Assembly (NCBI RefSeq): GCF_009834535.1
Contig: NC_045697.1
Location: 3,722,001 to 3,786,000, forward strand
Origin: Camelus ferus
Lineage: Eukaryota
Length of the DNA stretch: 64,000 nt
Reading direction: 5' to 3'
Shown: positions 49,990-62,467 of the stretch, piece after piece
Layout of the letters: every line of letters starts with the position of its first letter
Numbering within the stretch: position 1 is the first letter of the stretch
The notes under the pieces: model-generated
What the model saw: the letters and a program-made list of their open reading frames with translations, nothing else
Databases searched by the model: none
Told to the model about the DNA's origin: nothing
Translations under genes and position numbers: made by a program

Positions 49990-50920
49990 AGGGAGCACAG
50001 GAGAAGCAGAGGACAGACGCCTGCCACGGCCCCACGCCGGCTCCCAGAGCAAAGGGCTGCGGAGAAACGGCGAACACACGTCCGCAAAGGAAAGCCGACT
50101 CCGGAGTCTGTATCACCTAGAGCGCCCGCACTTCCGGCGCCCAGCCACCCACGCTTCCTCCCCATTGGTTCTTCCCTTGACCACGCCCGTCCACGGAGTC
50201 TCCGCCGGCTGTTTCCTTCACCTTTCACCTCCTCACCTCCTGGGGCTCCGGAAGGTCTCAGACCCCTCCTACCAGATGTTGGAGGAAGAGTGCTCCGTCA
50301 TGACAGGCAATTATTGGTGCGTATAGTCTGTCCATCAAAAGAGAAGCGGAGGTGGATTGGCTGAGGGGAATAATTGGGCGGGGAAGCAAGCACAGGCTTT
50401 GCGCGAGTGGCCTAGCCCCCGAAGGGGCGGGCCAGCGGCCTCTGCTCATGCCCAGTGAGCGCGCAGTGCCGGCGGCGGCAGTGGCAGTCATGGCGGTTCG
50501 GTGCGTGAGGCTGGCGCGGTGTAGTATCCCGGCTTTGGCGTTGTCTCTCAGGTAAGAGGCGCCCGGCTGCCCGGGCTGAGGAGGGGCGGGGTGCGGCCCA
50601 AGCACGGGCGTCGTTGGCGGTGCTTCCCGGACGCGGGGCACGGACACCAGCCGGCCTGCCCTGTGGGGCCTGCCCTGCCGCCTCGCTGCCCGCGCTGCCC
50701 CTGCTACCCGCGCGGCGGGCCCGGAGTGGGCGGGACGGCGCCCCGCGCAAGTCCGAACCGCTCCGACCCGGGCCGCGAGCCCGGTCGCGTCGCAGAGCCG
50801 CGCGTGCCGGGTCCCCGAGGCGCCCGGCAGCGGCACACGGGCTCTTTCCGCTCAGCACGGATTCCTTGTCCACTTCTGTCTGCTCCCGAGTCCGAGGTCA
50901 GAAGTGCGGCGGGGTCATGA
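49990..50920 (+). promoter_or_regulatory. CpG-island promoter of GRPEL1
   Basis: Dense CpG across exon 1. ETS/GABPA-type CACTTCCGG at 50129-50137; four ATTGG (inverted CCAAT) at 50164, 50313, 50356, 50373; GC box GGGCGGGG at 50376-50383; no obvious TATA box. Confidence 0.9.
50490..50551 (+). CDS. GRPEL1: GrpE protein homolog 1, mitochondrial - coding exon 1 (targeting peptide MAVRCVRLARCSIPALALSLR)
   Basis: ATG at 50490 in strong context (GTCATGG). The Arg-rich, acid-free N-terminus resembles mammalian GRPEL1. Donor AG|GTAAGA at 50552; 62 nt, phase 2. Confidence 0.96.
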
Positions 50921-52864
50921 GTCAGTGCCCTCACCTCATTATTTCTTTTTTTTTTTTTTTAACCCTGCGGTTTCTGCTTTTTGAAAGTCCAGACTCATAA
51001 ATTAGTGTATTAGCATCTTCTGTGTTGGAAGAACTTCCCAGAACCAGGTTATCTATTAGAGAAGCTGCTCTGAGCCAAACGTTGGGTAGAAGCTGCGTGG
51101 GCAAGACCTGGATTTGTCCCGCAAGGAGCTCATTGAGCGGGTGGGGAGACCAGGCAGGTGAGGGAGAGAAGGTGCGATTGCCGGCTTGGTAAGTCATTTA
51201 GAGCAGTATGGGAACAAACCCATCTGGAATGCCTAAGTCAAAAAGGCTTTTTTCTCAAGTAACTTGTGGTTTTATATCTACCATTAATTGCCTGGGAAGT
51301 GATCTCCAAGTCAGCGTTAATTTCTGTCTCCGCCAAGGGGGTTGGCGGGAGGAGACCCGCATGGAGGGGTCAGGAGAGCGGAATTGTACTCTGAGCTGGC
51401 AGAGTAACTAAGCTCCCTGGGACGCCGTGTCCCTCCGTGTAGGACAGGGTGGGCTCTGACTGGGCCCTGTTCCTCTCCTACCACACTGCTGCTCCGGCAG
51501 CTCCAGGAGGGTCTGCAGAGCAGCGCTGACCTGCAGAAAGGCTGTGACCCTCGCCCCCGTAGGCCAGGACAACTAGCAAATAAGATGGCTTTACAACAGC
51601 ACGTTGTGTTTTTAGACTTCAGCCTTTTTTTTTTAATCACAAAAGTAAACACAACACTCTCGGTAACAGACTAATGGACCCTTCCAGTACTCTCTGCAGG
51701 CCTAAGACACATGTACCTACTCATGATTTCTGGTTTGTCTTTGTAAAAACAGGACCGTGTTTTCTGTATTTCTCTGTGTTTTGCCTTTCTTCTTACACAG
51801 TACACCTGCACCATATCTGTAAGTTGGCAGTTTAACACATTCTGTTTGGTAGCTACTCACTATTCCAGATCGTGGAAGCAACAGTTCAACCATCTCTTTC
51901 TGACCAGCATTCTGTTTCCAGCTTGTCACTCCGCATGCTGCCTTGTCATGTCACTCTGCCATGCTGTATGTATGTTCTGTGCGATCATAGCTTTCCTGTG
52001 CATTGAGGCAGTTTTCTTTGATCTGGGAAGAAAGTTGAATGCAGTTTATTTTCATATCGGTGTAAGTAAGAAGAGCTCCACTGGGCCTGGTGAAGAGATC
52101 CGTTTTGGGACTCTCATCATTCGTTAATGGCTTTGTGACCTTGGGCTTAACACTTAAACTTTTTCATGTGGGGATCAGATTGAGTAATATCTTAAGTCAC
52201 TTCCAGGATTAGTTTTAGAGCTCTTTGTATTTCCCCTGTGCTCTCCTACCTCCCTGCCGTTGTCCAGGCTGGTCCCTGTTCCTAAAGTGGGTGTGTCTCA
52301 TCCACTCCCAGTTCCCTGTGTGAATTCTCATCTGTCACTCAGAGCCCCTCTGCACATATTCTTTCATAGTCTTCCATTTCCCCAAAGCTGGAAGTATTCT
52401 CTGAGCCTCCTAAAGCACATGGTTCCTCTTTTATCACTTTAAAACCTCGATTATAGTTCTTTGTGTACAGATATCTTTTTTGTGTGACTATAAGTACCCT
52501 GTGGGCAAGATCTCCAGGTTTGTTCACAACTGGGCCTCACCTCTGGTAGTAGCTGCTGCATCAGTATGTGGTGGGGTGTGGATGACCAGACTTGAGAAGA
52601 AAGTGTTCAGAGTAGGAACAAGAGGAGGTTAGCACTGCGTCTTGGGTACATTGACATATTAGTTGAAGCATGTATTGCAGAAGATTTTGTATAAATAGCT
52701 TCCATACATCATATACAACTTACCTTTATTAGATCTAGGATAAATCCTTTCTCCTCCACAAGTCACTAGCAAAGAGTTTTAAGTTTTTTCCAATTTAAGT
52801 CATACGTGTGAGTTTAATAGGCAGAAAGACCATGGTTAATTTCTAGCATGTGGGCTTCTCTTAG

Positions 52865-53027
52865 GCCCTCTCCTCGGCTGCTGTGCACAGCTACAAAACA
52901 GAAGAACAGTGGCCAGAATTTGGAAGAGGATGTGGGTCCCAATGGACAGAAGACAGATCCTCCCTCTGCAGAGAAGACGCTCATAGAAGAGAAGGTCAAG
53001 TTGGAAGAGCAGCTGAAGGAGACCATG
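52865..53027 (+). CDS. GRPEL1: GRPEL1 coding exon 2 (PSPRLLCTATKQKNSGQNLEED...EEQLKETM)
   Basis: Acceptor ...CTTCTCTTAG|G and donor ATG|GTAAGT; 163 nt; frame continues from exon 1 (AG|G = Arg). Confidence 0.97.
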
Positions 53028-54358
53028 GTAAGTCCATGGAGCTCTTGGGGGATGTGGTCTGTTGAACTCCAAGTAAATCTCTTCCAAGGATGTCTGGCCA
53101 GCCTTCATGCTTTATTGACAAGAGAGGCTGAAGCCATCTTTGTCCAAGGACTGCGGTTGGGTCCTGCAACAAGTTACTGCTGAAGAAGGGAATAGGGCCC
53201 AAATCCCTTGTGGCTCTGGTTCTGTCATAAGAATCATCTTTATGTGCTACGTAGACTATATTGAATTAAGACTTAAAACGGTCTTTACAAGGGAGGAATA
53301 TTCAGGATGGCTGATTAAGCTGGCTCTTAGGGAAGGATGAGGGTAGGGGGCAGAGGTGTGGCTATGTGGTGCTCTCATAGGGAAGGGGCAGTTTTATGAA
53401 CTAGTTAGTGATACAGATTAGTACCCCGGACGAAAAAGCACAGGTGACACAAATCAGGTCCTTTAGGGATTTAAGAATGATCATGTCAAACACTGATGCT
53501 GGCACTGTTTTAACCCCTTTACTTATATAAATCCTCACGTCAACCCTGTGAGTCAGCTGTTAGTATCCTTGTTTCCAAATGAGGAAATTGAGGCCCAGGG
53601 CACTTCAGTAACGCTCCCAAGGTCACCAGCAGGCCAGGGCTGTGCCTAGTACGCCTTGCTCTTAAGGCTGCATTGGAATCACCTGCAGGCTGAAAACAGA
53701 GGGAGGGCCCAGCACGGTAACTGAGTGCATGGTAAAATAGAAATGCCAGGAGATGAGTGAAATTACGGGAAATGTTGTGAGAAATGAGGAGGATTTCAGA
53801 ATTCGGATGATTATTACACAATAGATGTTTCACCCGAGCCATATCTAGGCAACGTTAAAAATACATGATTCATTGATGGGGTTGTACCTCTTCTGTAGGG
53901 TAGAGACCAGAACTGTCCACCAGGCTCGTGGTTCTCCTGAACCTCCTCAAGGCATGGCCACGAGGCAGTCAGCCCCTGTCCAGGATTCTAGGATTCCCTT
54001 AATTGAGAGATTCTGCTGAGCAGTGAATGGTCCTTCCTTGTGGGGAACTGTCAGAACCCCAGAAACTAGAAGCTTTTTCTTGTCCTTTCCACCGCTGCAC
54101 ACTTAAGTGAGGGTGGCCTTAGGGGCTGTGTGAAAATGTGGCACCCGGCCATCTTATTACCCACTTAGAAATCGTGACACAGGTTATTTCTGCTTATTAA
54201 GCAGCGCTGTCTGTAATCTGGAATCTCAAACAGAGCAATAGATGTTATTTGTATTTTGACTTGGAATTTGTTTTATCAGATTTGCTTTCCTATGAATTTG
54301 TTCCATACTTAATCTATGTATATTCCACCTCACACCTCCCCCCACTTTTTTTTTTAAG

Positions 54359-54440
54359 GAAAAATATAAGCGAGCTTTGGCTGATACTGAGAACTTACGG
54401 CAGAGGAGCCAAAAATTGGTGGAGGAGGCAAAACTATATG
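54359..54440 (+). CDS. GRPEL1: GRPEL1 coding exon 3 (EKYKRALADTENLRQRSQKLVEEAKLY)
   Basis: Poly-T tract plus AAG acceptor, donor G|GTAAAC; 82 nt. Contains the GrpE hallmark R-x-x-A-D-x-E-N-x-R-x-R. Confidence 0.97.
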
Positions 54441-55329
54441 GTAAACTTTAAACATTGTATGATAATGATCCTGGAAGGAAGAAGAGGGCTGTGTCAGACG
54501 TGATCAGCCAGGGGTGGGGGTCGGGGCCTGCTGGTGGCAAGCCCTCCAGTTTGTAGGTTGGGTCGGCTGTCGCCTGGAAGGAGCAGAAATACCCATGACC
54601 CGCATTTGGAGCTGTGATTCCTCTAGTGAGGGGTGTGTCGATTGCTCTTCCACGTGAAGACTTGGTGTGAGCCCGTAGGGGCCTCTGGCAGGTCGGCCCT
54701 CTTGAGGTTCACGTCCTTAGCTAGAGCAGCCTCAGAGGCGCGTTGGTATCCCTAAGATCTCCAAAACGCTGTCTGCTTTGTCGTCTTTGGATGTTTTTGT
54801 CCTCGTCCTTCCCATTTCACAGTTGAGATCAATGAGGCTTGAATGACCTGCACTCACCACAAAGCAGGTAATGACGCTAAGGCCCATCTCCCAGCTCCAC
54901 GTGTGCTGTGTTGACAACACAGAAGGCTGCTGTTTGAGCTGTCAGCCAGGCGCCATCTCCCCATGTTATAGATGCGGAACCTTGGGCTCATGACCAGAGG
55001 GTCAGCCCGCGGGCACGCGCGTGGCGGCGGTGCGAACTAAGATGCAGGCCTTGTCGTGTTTCCTCATTCAACACAGAACACTGCTCTTCTTGAAACACTT
55101 TGTTCTTGGATGCTGTCACCTCAGCTCCTGTTTTTCTTCCTCTTTCTGGTCATCCCCTTCGTTGGCCGCTTATCTGTCACCCTCCACGTGTCTGGGTTCT
55201 TCAGGCTCGGAGCCAGGCCGCCCCCTCACTGTGTCCCTGGGGACTTGCCCATCTGATGGGTCTAAATGGTGTCCACGCACAGGGTCGCTTTCCAGCTCAG
55301 GCGTTTCTCCTGCGCCTAGTGTGTCCTGA

Positions 55330-55950
55330 CCGGGGTGTCTCACAGGGATTTCCCTTTGCCTGTGCTTCCTCTCTCCCCGTTTTAGGAAATGATACCGTTA
55401 CCCACCCAGGCGTTTAGGTCTGTCACCTGAAGCCCTCCCTCAAGCCCACGCCCCCCACCTGTGAGTGGTCGTCGCTGGGCTCTGGTTCATCCAGCTCCTG
55501 CTGCTGCCTTTGCTCTGGTCCAGGCCAGCATCAGCCCTCGCATCACCGCCCACCGCCCGACCAAAGTGCCGTTAAAGTGCAGTTCGCCTACGGCATACCT
55601 CCACCCGTTCCACCACCCACTCTGGAACCTTCGGCTACTCTAGGTCTGCCTCTTCGTGGTAGACTGGCTGCCCTTTGGTTCCTCAGATGCTTGGATCACT
55701 CTTGACTCTCCAGGCCTCGACTCACAGAACCCTCCCCCGACTCCCTAGTCTAAATGAAGTCCTTCATAGATTAATTTGTCCTTAGTGCTCATGAGTGCTC
55801 CTTCGTGTGAGTGTGATTTGTGATTGTATTTGTCACCTATGTGATCATGTGCCTGTCTCGAAGCCTGTGCACTCCATGAGGGCAACAGTTCCCCAGCAAC
55901 TGGCACAAGGGTGATCTATAACAGATGCTCACTGTTGTATTAGATAGGCA
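55330..55950 (+). mobile_element. L2 remnant in GRPEL1 intron 3
   Basis: Pyrimidine-rich diverged L2 3' text (CTCCATGAGGGCA...CTGGCACA...ATGCTCA). Similar fragments at ~10700-10990, 11770-11950 and 27070-27280. Confidence 0.5.
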
Positions 55951-56786
55951 AAAATTTTTTAAGTTTCCCTGTAAAGCAGGTGCGTGGAAATACTGTATAA
56001 AGGAGTAGAGCCTTTGAGGCTTGAGAAGACGTGGGCGGGTCACACTGGAGCATCGGAGCAGGGTGGGCGCAGTGCCGTGTGGCCTTCGGGGACCCGGCAG
56101 GGGTCCTCTGGTCACTAGCATGCAGCATCTGCAGCGTTTTCTTGAAACCACAAACGCATATTTATGTAAAACGTTCTAACATGTTATTTCTTCTGTAGAT
56201 TAAAGTTAAGACCTGGGGTGTGTCCTGGAAGCTGTTACCCTGTAGTGCCAAGTAACTGCTAATGCTTACTGAGTACTGAGAGTGTTCCGGGCACTCTGAG
56301 TGTGTAGAACTTTGATCCTCGTGAGCATGCTGTGTGTTAGATAGTCTTACCCCTGTTTTATAACTGAAGAAGCTGAGGCCCAGGGAGGTTAACCAGGATC
56401 ACACAGCAGTTCAGTCCCAGCCAGGGAGACGTTCCCGGGCCCGTGCTCTGTAGCTGAGCACAGCAGCCACCTCTCCCTGGATGGCCCGGGGCCACAGCGT
56501 GGCTGGACTTCGTGGGGACAACAGGCTCTGGAGTTTACGCCCCTCTCAGTCTGGGCAGGGCTGATGGTGAGGGGTCTGCACTTTGAGCTGCCTGTCTCTA
56601 CCTCACTGGCTCTTGTCTAAACCTCAGAAGTTCGGGTTTTAGTCCAGCCAGTGAAATTCTAGGACAAACGAATGATTTGAAAAGGTGTCTTTCAGCAGCC
56701 TGTGCATGAAGGAAGTAGGGCTTCGGGATCTAATTGCCTGGGCAGTTGATATGGATGCAAATGATATCTTCTTTGACTCCGCCCAG

Positions 56787-57133
56787 GCATCCAGGGCTTC
56801 TGCAAGGACTTGCTGGAGGTTGCAGACATCTTGGAGAAGGCAACAGAGTCAGTTCCCAAGGAGGAGATCAGAGACGACAACCCCCACCTGAAGCACCTTT
56901 ACGAGGGGCTCCTGATGACAGAGGTCCAGATCCAGAAAGTGTTCAGCAAGCACGGCCTTCTCCGCCTGAACCCCCTGGGGGCCAGGTTCGACCCGTACGA
57001 GCACGAGGCCCTGTTCCACACGCCGGTGGAGGGCAAGGAGCCCGGCACCGTGGCGCTGGTCAGCAAAGTGGGCTACAAGCTGCACGGGCGCACGCTGAGG
57101 CCCGCCCTGGTGGGCGTGGTCAAGGAGGCCTAG
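56787..57133 (+). CDS. GRPEL1: GRPEL1 coding exon 4 (GIQGFCKDLLEVAD...FDPYEHEA...GYKLHGRTLRPALVGVVKEA*)
   Basis: Acceptor CCCAG| at 56786, TAG at 57131-57133. GrpE motifs FDPxxHEA and GYxLxxRxLRPA present. Spliced CDS totals 654 nt = 217 aa plus stop. Confidence 0.98.
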
Positions 57134-57412
57134 CGCCGCCCACTGCCGCACTTACGAGGCCCTTCATCTTTTCTCGTCTCTGAATACTTTTGACCTTTTC
57201 CTAAACCTTGTCAGAAGCCCTTAGTAACCAGTGGCTCGACAGAAAATTAAGCAAGTTGCGTTAATGAACTCTTAATTCGGGAGTTCGTTCGTTGATTTTT
57301 ACTGTCACTAGGTCCTCGGGCTTACAGAGCAGGGCGACGGGACTCGACGGGACTGTAGGGTGTCAGGAAAACCTCTGTCTACTCACACTCTGGTGACGCC
57401 ATGTTTTAAATG

Positions 57413-57418
57413 AATAAA
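57413..57418 (+). terminator. Candidate proximal polyadenylation signal (AATAAA) of GRPEL1
   Basis: First AATAAA ~280 nt after the stop. A variant ATTAAA at 57913-57918 followed by U-rich sequence is a possible second site. Confidence 0.6.
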
Positions 57419-59114
57419 GGTCTGCGCGGAGCCTGCAGTTTGGGTAGCTGGCGTCGCTGCCGCGCCGCGTCCTCTGTGTCTCCCGGAGCGCGCGAGTCCC
57501 TGGACCCCGTAGTCCACTGCCTTGCTTCAGTGAAGGAAGGGCAAAGGTTTAACATTTTTTTTGCCAAGAAAAATTTTATGATGCCCTTGGTGAAGAACAC
57601 TTTTGAATTCATTTATCATCAGCTACCGTCTCACTGCTAAAAGTGATCGCCTTCTGGCTTTTGGAGCTGAGAAGTGAGTGGGTGCACTGTTAACAGTCCT
57701 CGCCATCTGATTTTGCCAGTAACTTGAGTCTGACAAAATTGGTTACTTTTAGCCTGTTTTGTTCATCTTTTTATAGAAATGTTTAAATCTGTACCCAGCT
57801 AGTTGCTAATGACCTGGAGATATTTTTCCCTAGTAAGATGGACTTTTTAAGAAATCCAAGGGCTGCATGCTTGGTATATTTTAAATGTTAATGTTTAATC
57901 TTATTTAAGAGGATTAAAGCCCTGATACGTTTATTTTCCTACATTCTGATAACTATTTTGTGTGCTTTGGTGGCGGAGATCCTTACAAGGATAACTGTGA
58001 CTTACTGCTCAAGTCCTGAGGCTGTGTACCCAACACATGTGAACGCGCCGGCTTCTGTACCTGAAGGGAGAGCAGCTTCCCCAGGGCCGTCCCTGGCAGG
58101 CGAGGGCCTGGGCCTGCGCATGTCCGCCTGCAACCATGGAGACAGCAGGAGCCAGAATACACAGAGCACTCCGTTCCTCCTTTACATTAGGGAAGAAGTT
58201 GAATGACTGAGATGGCTGTTATCAACAAGAGAAAAAGTAACTTCCCACTGTTTCTGCTTCTGCGAGGTACTTCTAGGATTGAAGGTCAAGTGCCGTTAAA
58301 TCTAGTTACTGCATTTAAAAAGGCAGGGCCGTCACTTTGGAAGATGTAGGTAACATTCCCATAGTTAAATTTATACCATTTCAAAAGAGTTCCCTCTTTT
58401 CCTTTAAGCTGCTTTAAATTATTTTGTCAAAAGCATAGCCCAGAATTAAAGGCAGCCTGTGGCGTACTGAGAAACAGGACAGGGAGTCACAGCCTGCTTT
58501 TTGTACTGTGTAACTGTGAGGCTGTCATTTCACCTCCCTAGACTCACTTGTAAGATGAAGGGTGAATTAGAATTTTCAGACTAACTTCTGTGAATGTGTG
58601 CAGTCCCCTCCCCTCCGTATTCAGCTAGAGTGGCACCTGCTAAGAGGCTAAACCTAGAGAGCCTAGCTTACATTTGGGGAACCGTATCCCCATCCATTGC
58701 CACCACGAACAGGAAGACAGTGCTGTTCATACCGACACTGGCAATTAAAGACCGGTGGGGGCTGCTTTCTCGTGAATTCCAGGGTTTTGCATAGTTGCAG
58801 GTCTGGATCTGCTGCACAGGGCCCACGACGGAGCCAGCGCTCGTCCACTCACCGCAGACCGTGCAGCCTGGCTCGTGGAAGTCACCCTTCTCCGGGTGTT
58901 CCGCTACTTTCAGGAAAGGAGGGGTGGCAGGAAGGGTTTTCTGCTTAACAGAAGTCAATTTTAACTCACAGTTTGGAGGGAAAACTGGTGTGACACAGAA
59001 GCACCACACTAAAACATGTCACAGTGTCCCCCATTCTGTGTTTGAAAGCCGGTTCGCACCATCTCCAAGGCTCTGAAAAGCTGAGGCTCGAGGGGCAGGC
59101 GGTAAAAAGCAAGC

Positions 59115-61474
59115 AGTGACACTGGTTCTCAACCTGTTTAATGTGTAAAAGGGAGAGAGAGTGGTAGGCGGGGTTTCAGTTTTATCACATTCTCGGAATG
59201 TTGGCTGTCCAGAGCATTATTCTGGAATAGCTGAATTATCTTTCTTGACTCAAATTGTTTAAATTTTGAAAAGACCTAATTCCACTGGATTCCGGTGACG
59301 AATTTATCCTGAGAATTAAATACATAAATGTAAAGGCTCCGAGCTAACAGCAGGGTAAGGACCGATGTTGACAGTAATAGCTGGACTTGGTGGGGTAAGA
59401 GGCAGCCAGTCATAAGATGACTTTTCCCCTGTAACAGTGTTAATACTTTAACATAAATTAATTATACATTCATTATGATGTTTAAACACAGTCAAGCCTA
59501 AATAAATTCTTCATACCATCAAAAAGATACACATACAGAAAACCTGCTTAAGCACAAAGTTTTTCATTCGACAGCTCTTGGCCAGGGCCACACATATTTA
59601 CAGGGATCTTTTGCTTCTCAAGCTTAATGAAAGGCTGGCAATCATTTTATATAAAAATAAGACTAAATTTAAAACCTCACCAAACTAGGAATCTGATGTA
59701 GAAAATCGATGAAGATACCAGAGTAGCTAAAGCCAGTGGTTCTTGAACTCTCGCCTGCATCCCAGTCCCCTGGAAGGCTTGCAGAAACAGCTCCATGGAC
59801 CCCAACCACAGGGTTTCTGATTCAGGGGGACTGGGCAGGGCCTGAGTGCACTCCTAGCAGGTTCCCAGGAGCCCTAGATGAGGACCACTGGCCAAAAGCC
59901 CTGTAAAAACTTAGCACCTCCCCATCACAGCTTGGATAGACAGTACCGGCTCTGTTGGCTGCAGTTACCCTGCAGGGGACAGTGTGGGAGTGGCCCTCAA
60001 GAATGACACTAGTGCTGGCTATTTCCTATGGACAAAGAGAAGTCCTGGGCACAGAGAGTGCTTCTCTGCCCACATGCAGCGTATTTTGCAACTAAAGCCA
60101 CATACAGTATACTTGAAATATTTTATTTAATGCTGGAAAATTTACCCTAGGGGCAGAAGGATGCAAAAAGAAAGGAAAAGGCACCGTAATTAAGTCATCC
60201 TTGGAAATGATGAGGTTTTTTTTCTTTCAAATAACTTCACTTTAATGTAACTTCACACCCAAACATTCTAGGAGGTAAACAGTCTTGGGGGCTATGGGGG
60301 CAGGACAAGCTCGGGAGGGGTGGAGCCCTGGGGCCGCGGCCACTCCGCCCACTCTTAAGCAGGGTCTTGGACACCAGAGCCCCGAGTAGCCGGAAGTCAT
60401 GCCTTTCTCAAGTTCTGGAAGGAAGGCACCGTGTATGTCCGTGAAAGACCACCCCTGAACGTGTTTCTAAACCCGGCTGGGCAGCAGCCGCTCTGAGTCT
60501 GGTTGGAGGCAGCGGCCGCAATGCTCCCTCCTACCCTGACCTGGCTGAGTGCCGGGTGCCACCCCCAGGAAGACACGTGGCCAGAGTCTCGGTGAAAGAG
60601 GCACTTGCAAGGGAGCTGAAAACCCTGGAGGGAGCCAACACCAGAGCCCAGAGCTCTCAGCCTGACGTTTCTAAAACGAGTTCTTCCAAGTAAAATGCAC
60701 TGCAGGTTCTCAGAGCAGCAAGCAGCAGCCCCAGGGGAGGCCGCTCAGTGTTGTTCTGGCAGCTGGAGCTGGTCCCAGTCCCCTCCGCCCCCGCTTAGGC
60801 TCCCCCCCAAAGCACCCCTGAGACCCAGGGGGTCTGCCGTTCCTCCCACCACAGCTCCGCCTCTCCCACCCTGAGCTCAAACTGCCACTGCCTGGGGGTT
60901 AAAGGGAAGCTCATGTGGCCACTGTGTTTGACACCAGATTCCTCCTTTAAAGTCCCTACTGACGTCCCATCCTGTCCCACAGCCCCACAGTCCCATCTGC
61001 CTGTCTGGCCCCATCTAAAGTGCCACGTGCCGGGCTGTGCTGGGGGTCTGGGCCGCCGTGGGCGGCCAGCGGAGCCCGGGTCACAGGGAGAAGCTGGAGG
61101 CCGGGCGGGGAATGGTGCTCCTTTACCTACAGAACGACAGTCGTGTACCAAAGGGAAGAAACTCACAAATAAAAGGAAATTAGTCTCACAATATTCTCCA
61201 AACTGAACACGTGAAGGCAAGTCATCTTAAAGGATTACTTTTAGGACTAAGTTAAAATATACATGTATCTGCCTCCCCCATGATCCGATATAAGATTGTT
61301 ACTATTGCTTCTTCAGAGGACCGTAAAAAGAATTTGTATCCTAAAAAAAGGAACTCAATTTGTTTAAAAAAGAGCAACAATGGGGAAAAAAGCGTTTCCT
61401 CCCCCCTCCCTCACCCCAATCATTTTGGCTCACAAGCTTCTTAGCATCATTCCGGCTTTCACAGCGCCCCGGCC
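59115..61474 (-). other. TADA2B: Probable 3'UTR of TADA2B
   Basis: Downstream of the stop; AU-rich blocks. Minus-strand AATAAA at 60127-60122, and ATTAAA at 59142-59137 followed by U-rich sequence. The 3' end is inferred. Confidence 0.6.
59734..59890. mobile_element. hAT-Charlie MITE (MER5A-like) in the TADA2B 3'UTR
   Basis: Terminal inverted repeats CAGTGGTTCT...AGGACCACTG; internal GTTTCTGATTCAG and AGGTTCCCAGG. Confidence 0.75.
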
Positions 61475-62467
61475 TCAGGAAGCATCCCTGGATATCCAAC
61501 CACTTTCCGTGAGGAAGTTTAAAATCCTTTTCTTGAGGACTTTGTCCAAGTAACTGGGAAGGCGGCTCTTGGAGGGAATCCCTTGCCGTTTCTGGAGGTG
61601 GTCCTTAATGATGATGGTCTTCACGGTCACGTAGCGCGCGGGGCTCAGGTTCAGGGAGCTACAGAGCACCTTCTCGCGGTCCGACAAAAGCTCAAAGCCA
61701 GGCAGGTGCTCGATGGCGGCGAACTCGCTGTCCTTGCCGTCCTCCTTGCCCCTCTTGGAGCCAGCGGCGTTTTTGTTCTCCTTCCGCTTCTCGCGCTTGT
61801 GCCGAGCCGCCTCGTACTCGGCCGACTCCTCCATCTTGGTGATGCCGTTGCGCCGGTACCGCTGCAGCTCCCGGATCTTGGCGCGCAGCATCTTCTCCTT
61901 GTGCATGTTCTCGAACAGGTCATCGAACTCCTTGCAGGACATGAACTGGTAGAGCGGCCGCAGCTTCAGCCGCAGCTCCTTCTCCTCCTTGGTGACCTTG
62001 CGCTTGGCCGCCTTCTCCTTCTCCTTCTTGTCCTTGCCCAGGAAGGCCGGCACCAGGTTGTAGTCGCGCGCGATGTTCTTGCGCCGCTGCCGCTCCTTGA
62101 GCTTCCGCACGTACATGTCCACGTGCGCGCGCTTCAGCTCGATCTCCACGTCGTCGTCGTCGTAGTTGACCGAGAGCCCGCTGATGAGCGTCTCGGCGTC
62201 CTGGTCATACTCGATCTCGTAGTCGTCCCGCAGCGGCATGTAGCCCAGCTGCTGCTGCTCGGCCACCGAGATGTCTAGGGGAGGCAAGGGGGTGGTGAGG
62301 CTGGGAGAGAGGGGGCCTCCACTGGGGCAGGTGTGGTCTGTCACCCGATTGGGGATGGTGTCGGGGATGCAGGCTTTCCCCAGGTTTCCGTGGATGTACA
62401 TGCTTACATAATGCTCCATCACTTCCTGGGGAGTCCGGGAAGCGCCGACGTGGGCAGCCATGTCTTC
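61475..62467 (-). CDS. TADA2B: Transcriptional adapter 2-beta (SAGA HAT module), terminal coding exon, 330 codons plus stop; 5' exon outside window
   Basis: Minus-strand acceptor TTTGTTGTTGTAG|GAA GAC ATG. Translation EDMAAHVGASRTPQEVMEHY...GYMPLRDDYEIEYDQDAE...ILNFLTESGWISRDAS* has the Ada2 core motif and a C-terminal SWIRM-like end. TGA at 61477-61475. Confidence 0.98.
   Translation of the reverse strand, partial: EDMAAHVGASRTPQEVMEHYVSMYIHGNLGKACIPDTIPNRVTDHTCPSGGPLSPSLTTPLPPLDISVAEQQQLGYMPLRDDYEIEYDQDAETLISGLSVNYDDDDVEIELKRAHVDMYVRKLKERQRRKNIARDYNLVPAFLGKDKKEKEKAAKRKVTKEEKELRLKLRPLYQFMSCKEFDDLFENMHKEKMLRAKIRELQRYRRNGITKMEESAEYEAARHKREKRKENKNAAGSKRGKEDGKDSEFAAIEHLPGFELLSDREKVLCSSLNLSPARYVTVKTIIIKDHLQKRQGIPSKSRLPSYLDKVLKKRILNFLTESGWISRDAS

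Noticed and set aside
50258..51000. Long overlapping Arg/Ala/Gly/Pro-rich ORFs at the GRPEL1 promoter
   Set aside because: Expected from stop-codon scarcity in a CpG island.
61583..62278. 231-aa plus-strand ORF antisense to TADA2B
   Set aside because: Shadow ORF. High GC3 in the real exon removes stops from the antisense frame; no ATG start and no recognisable protein.
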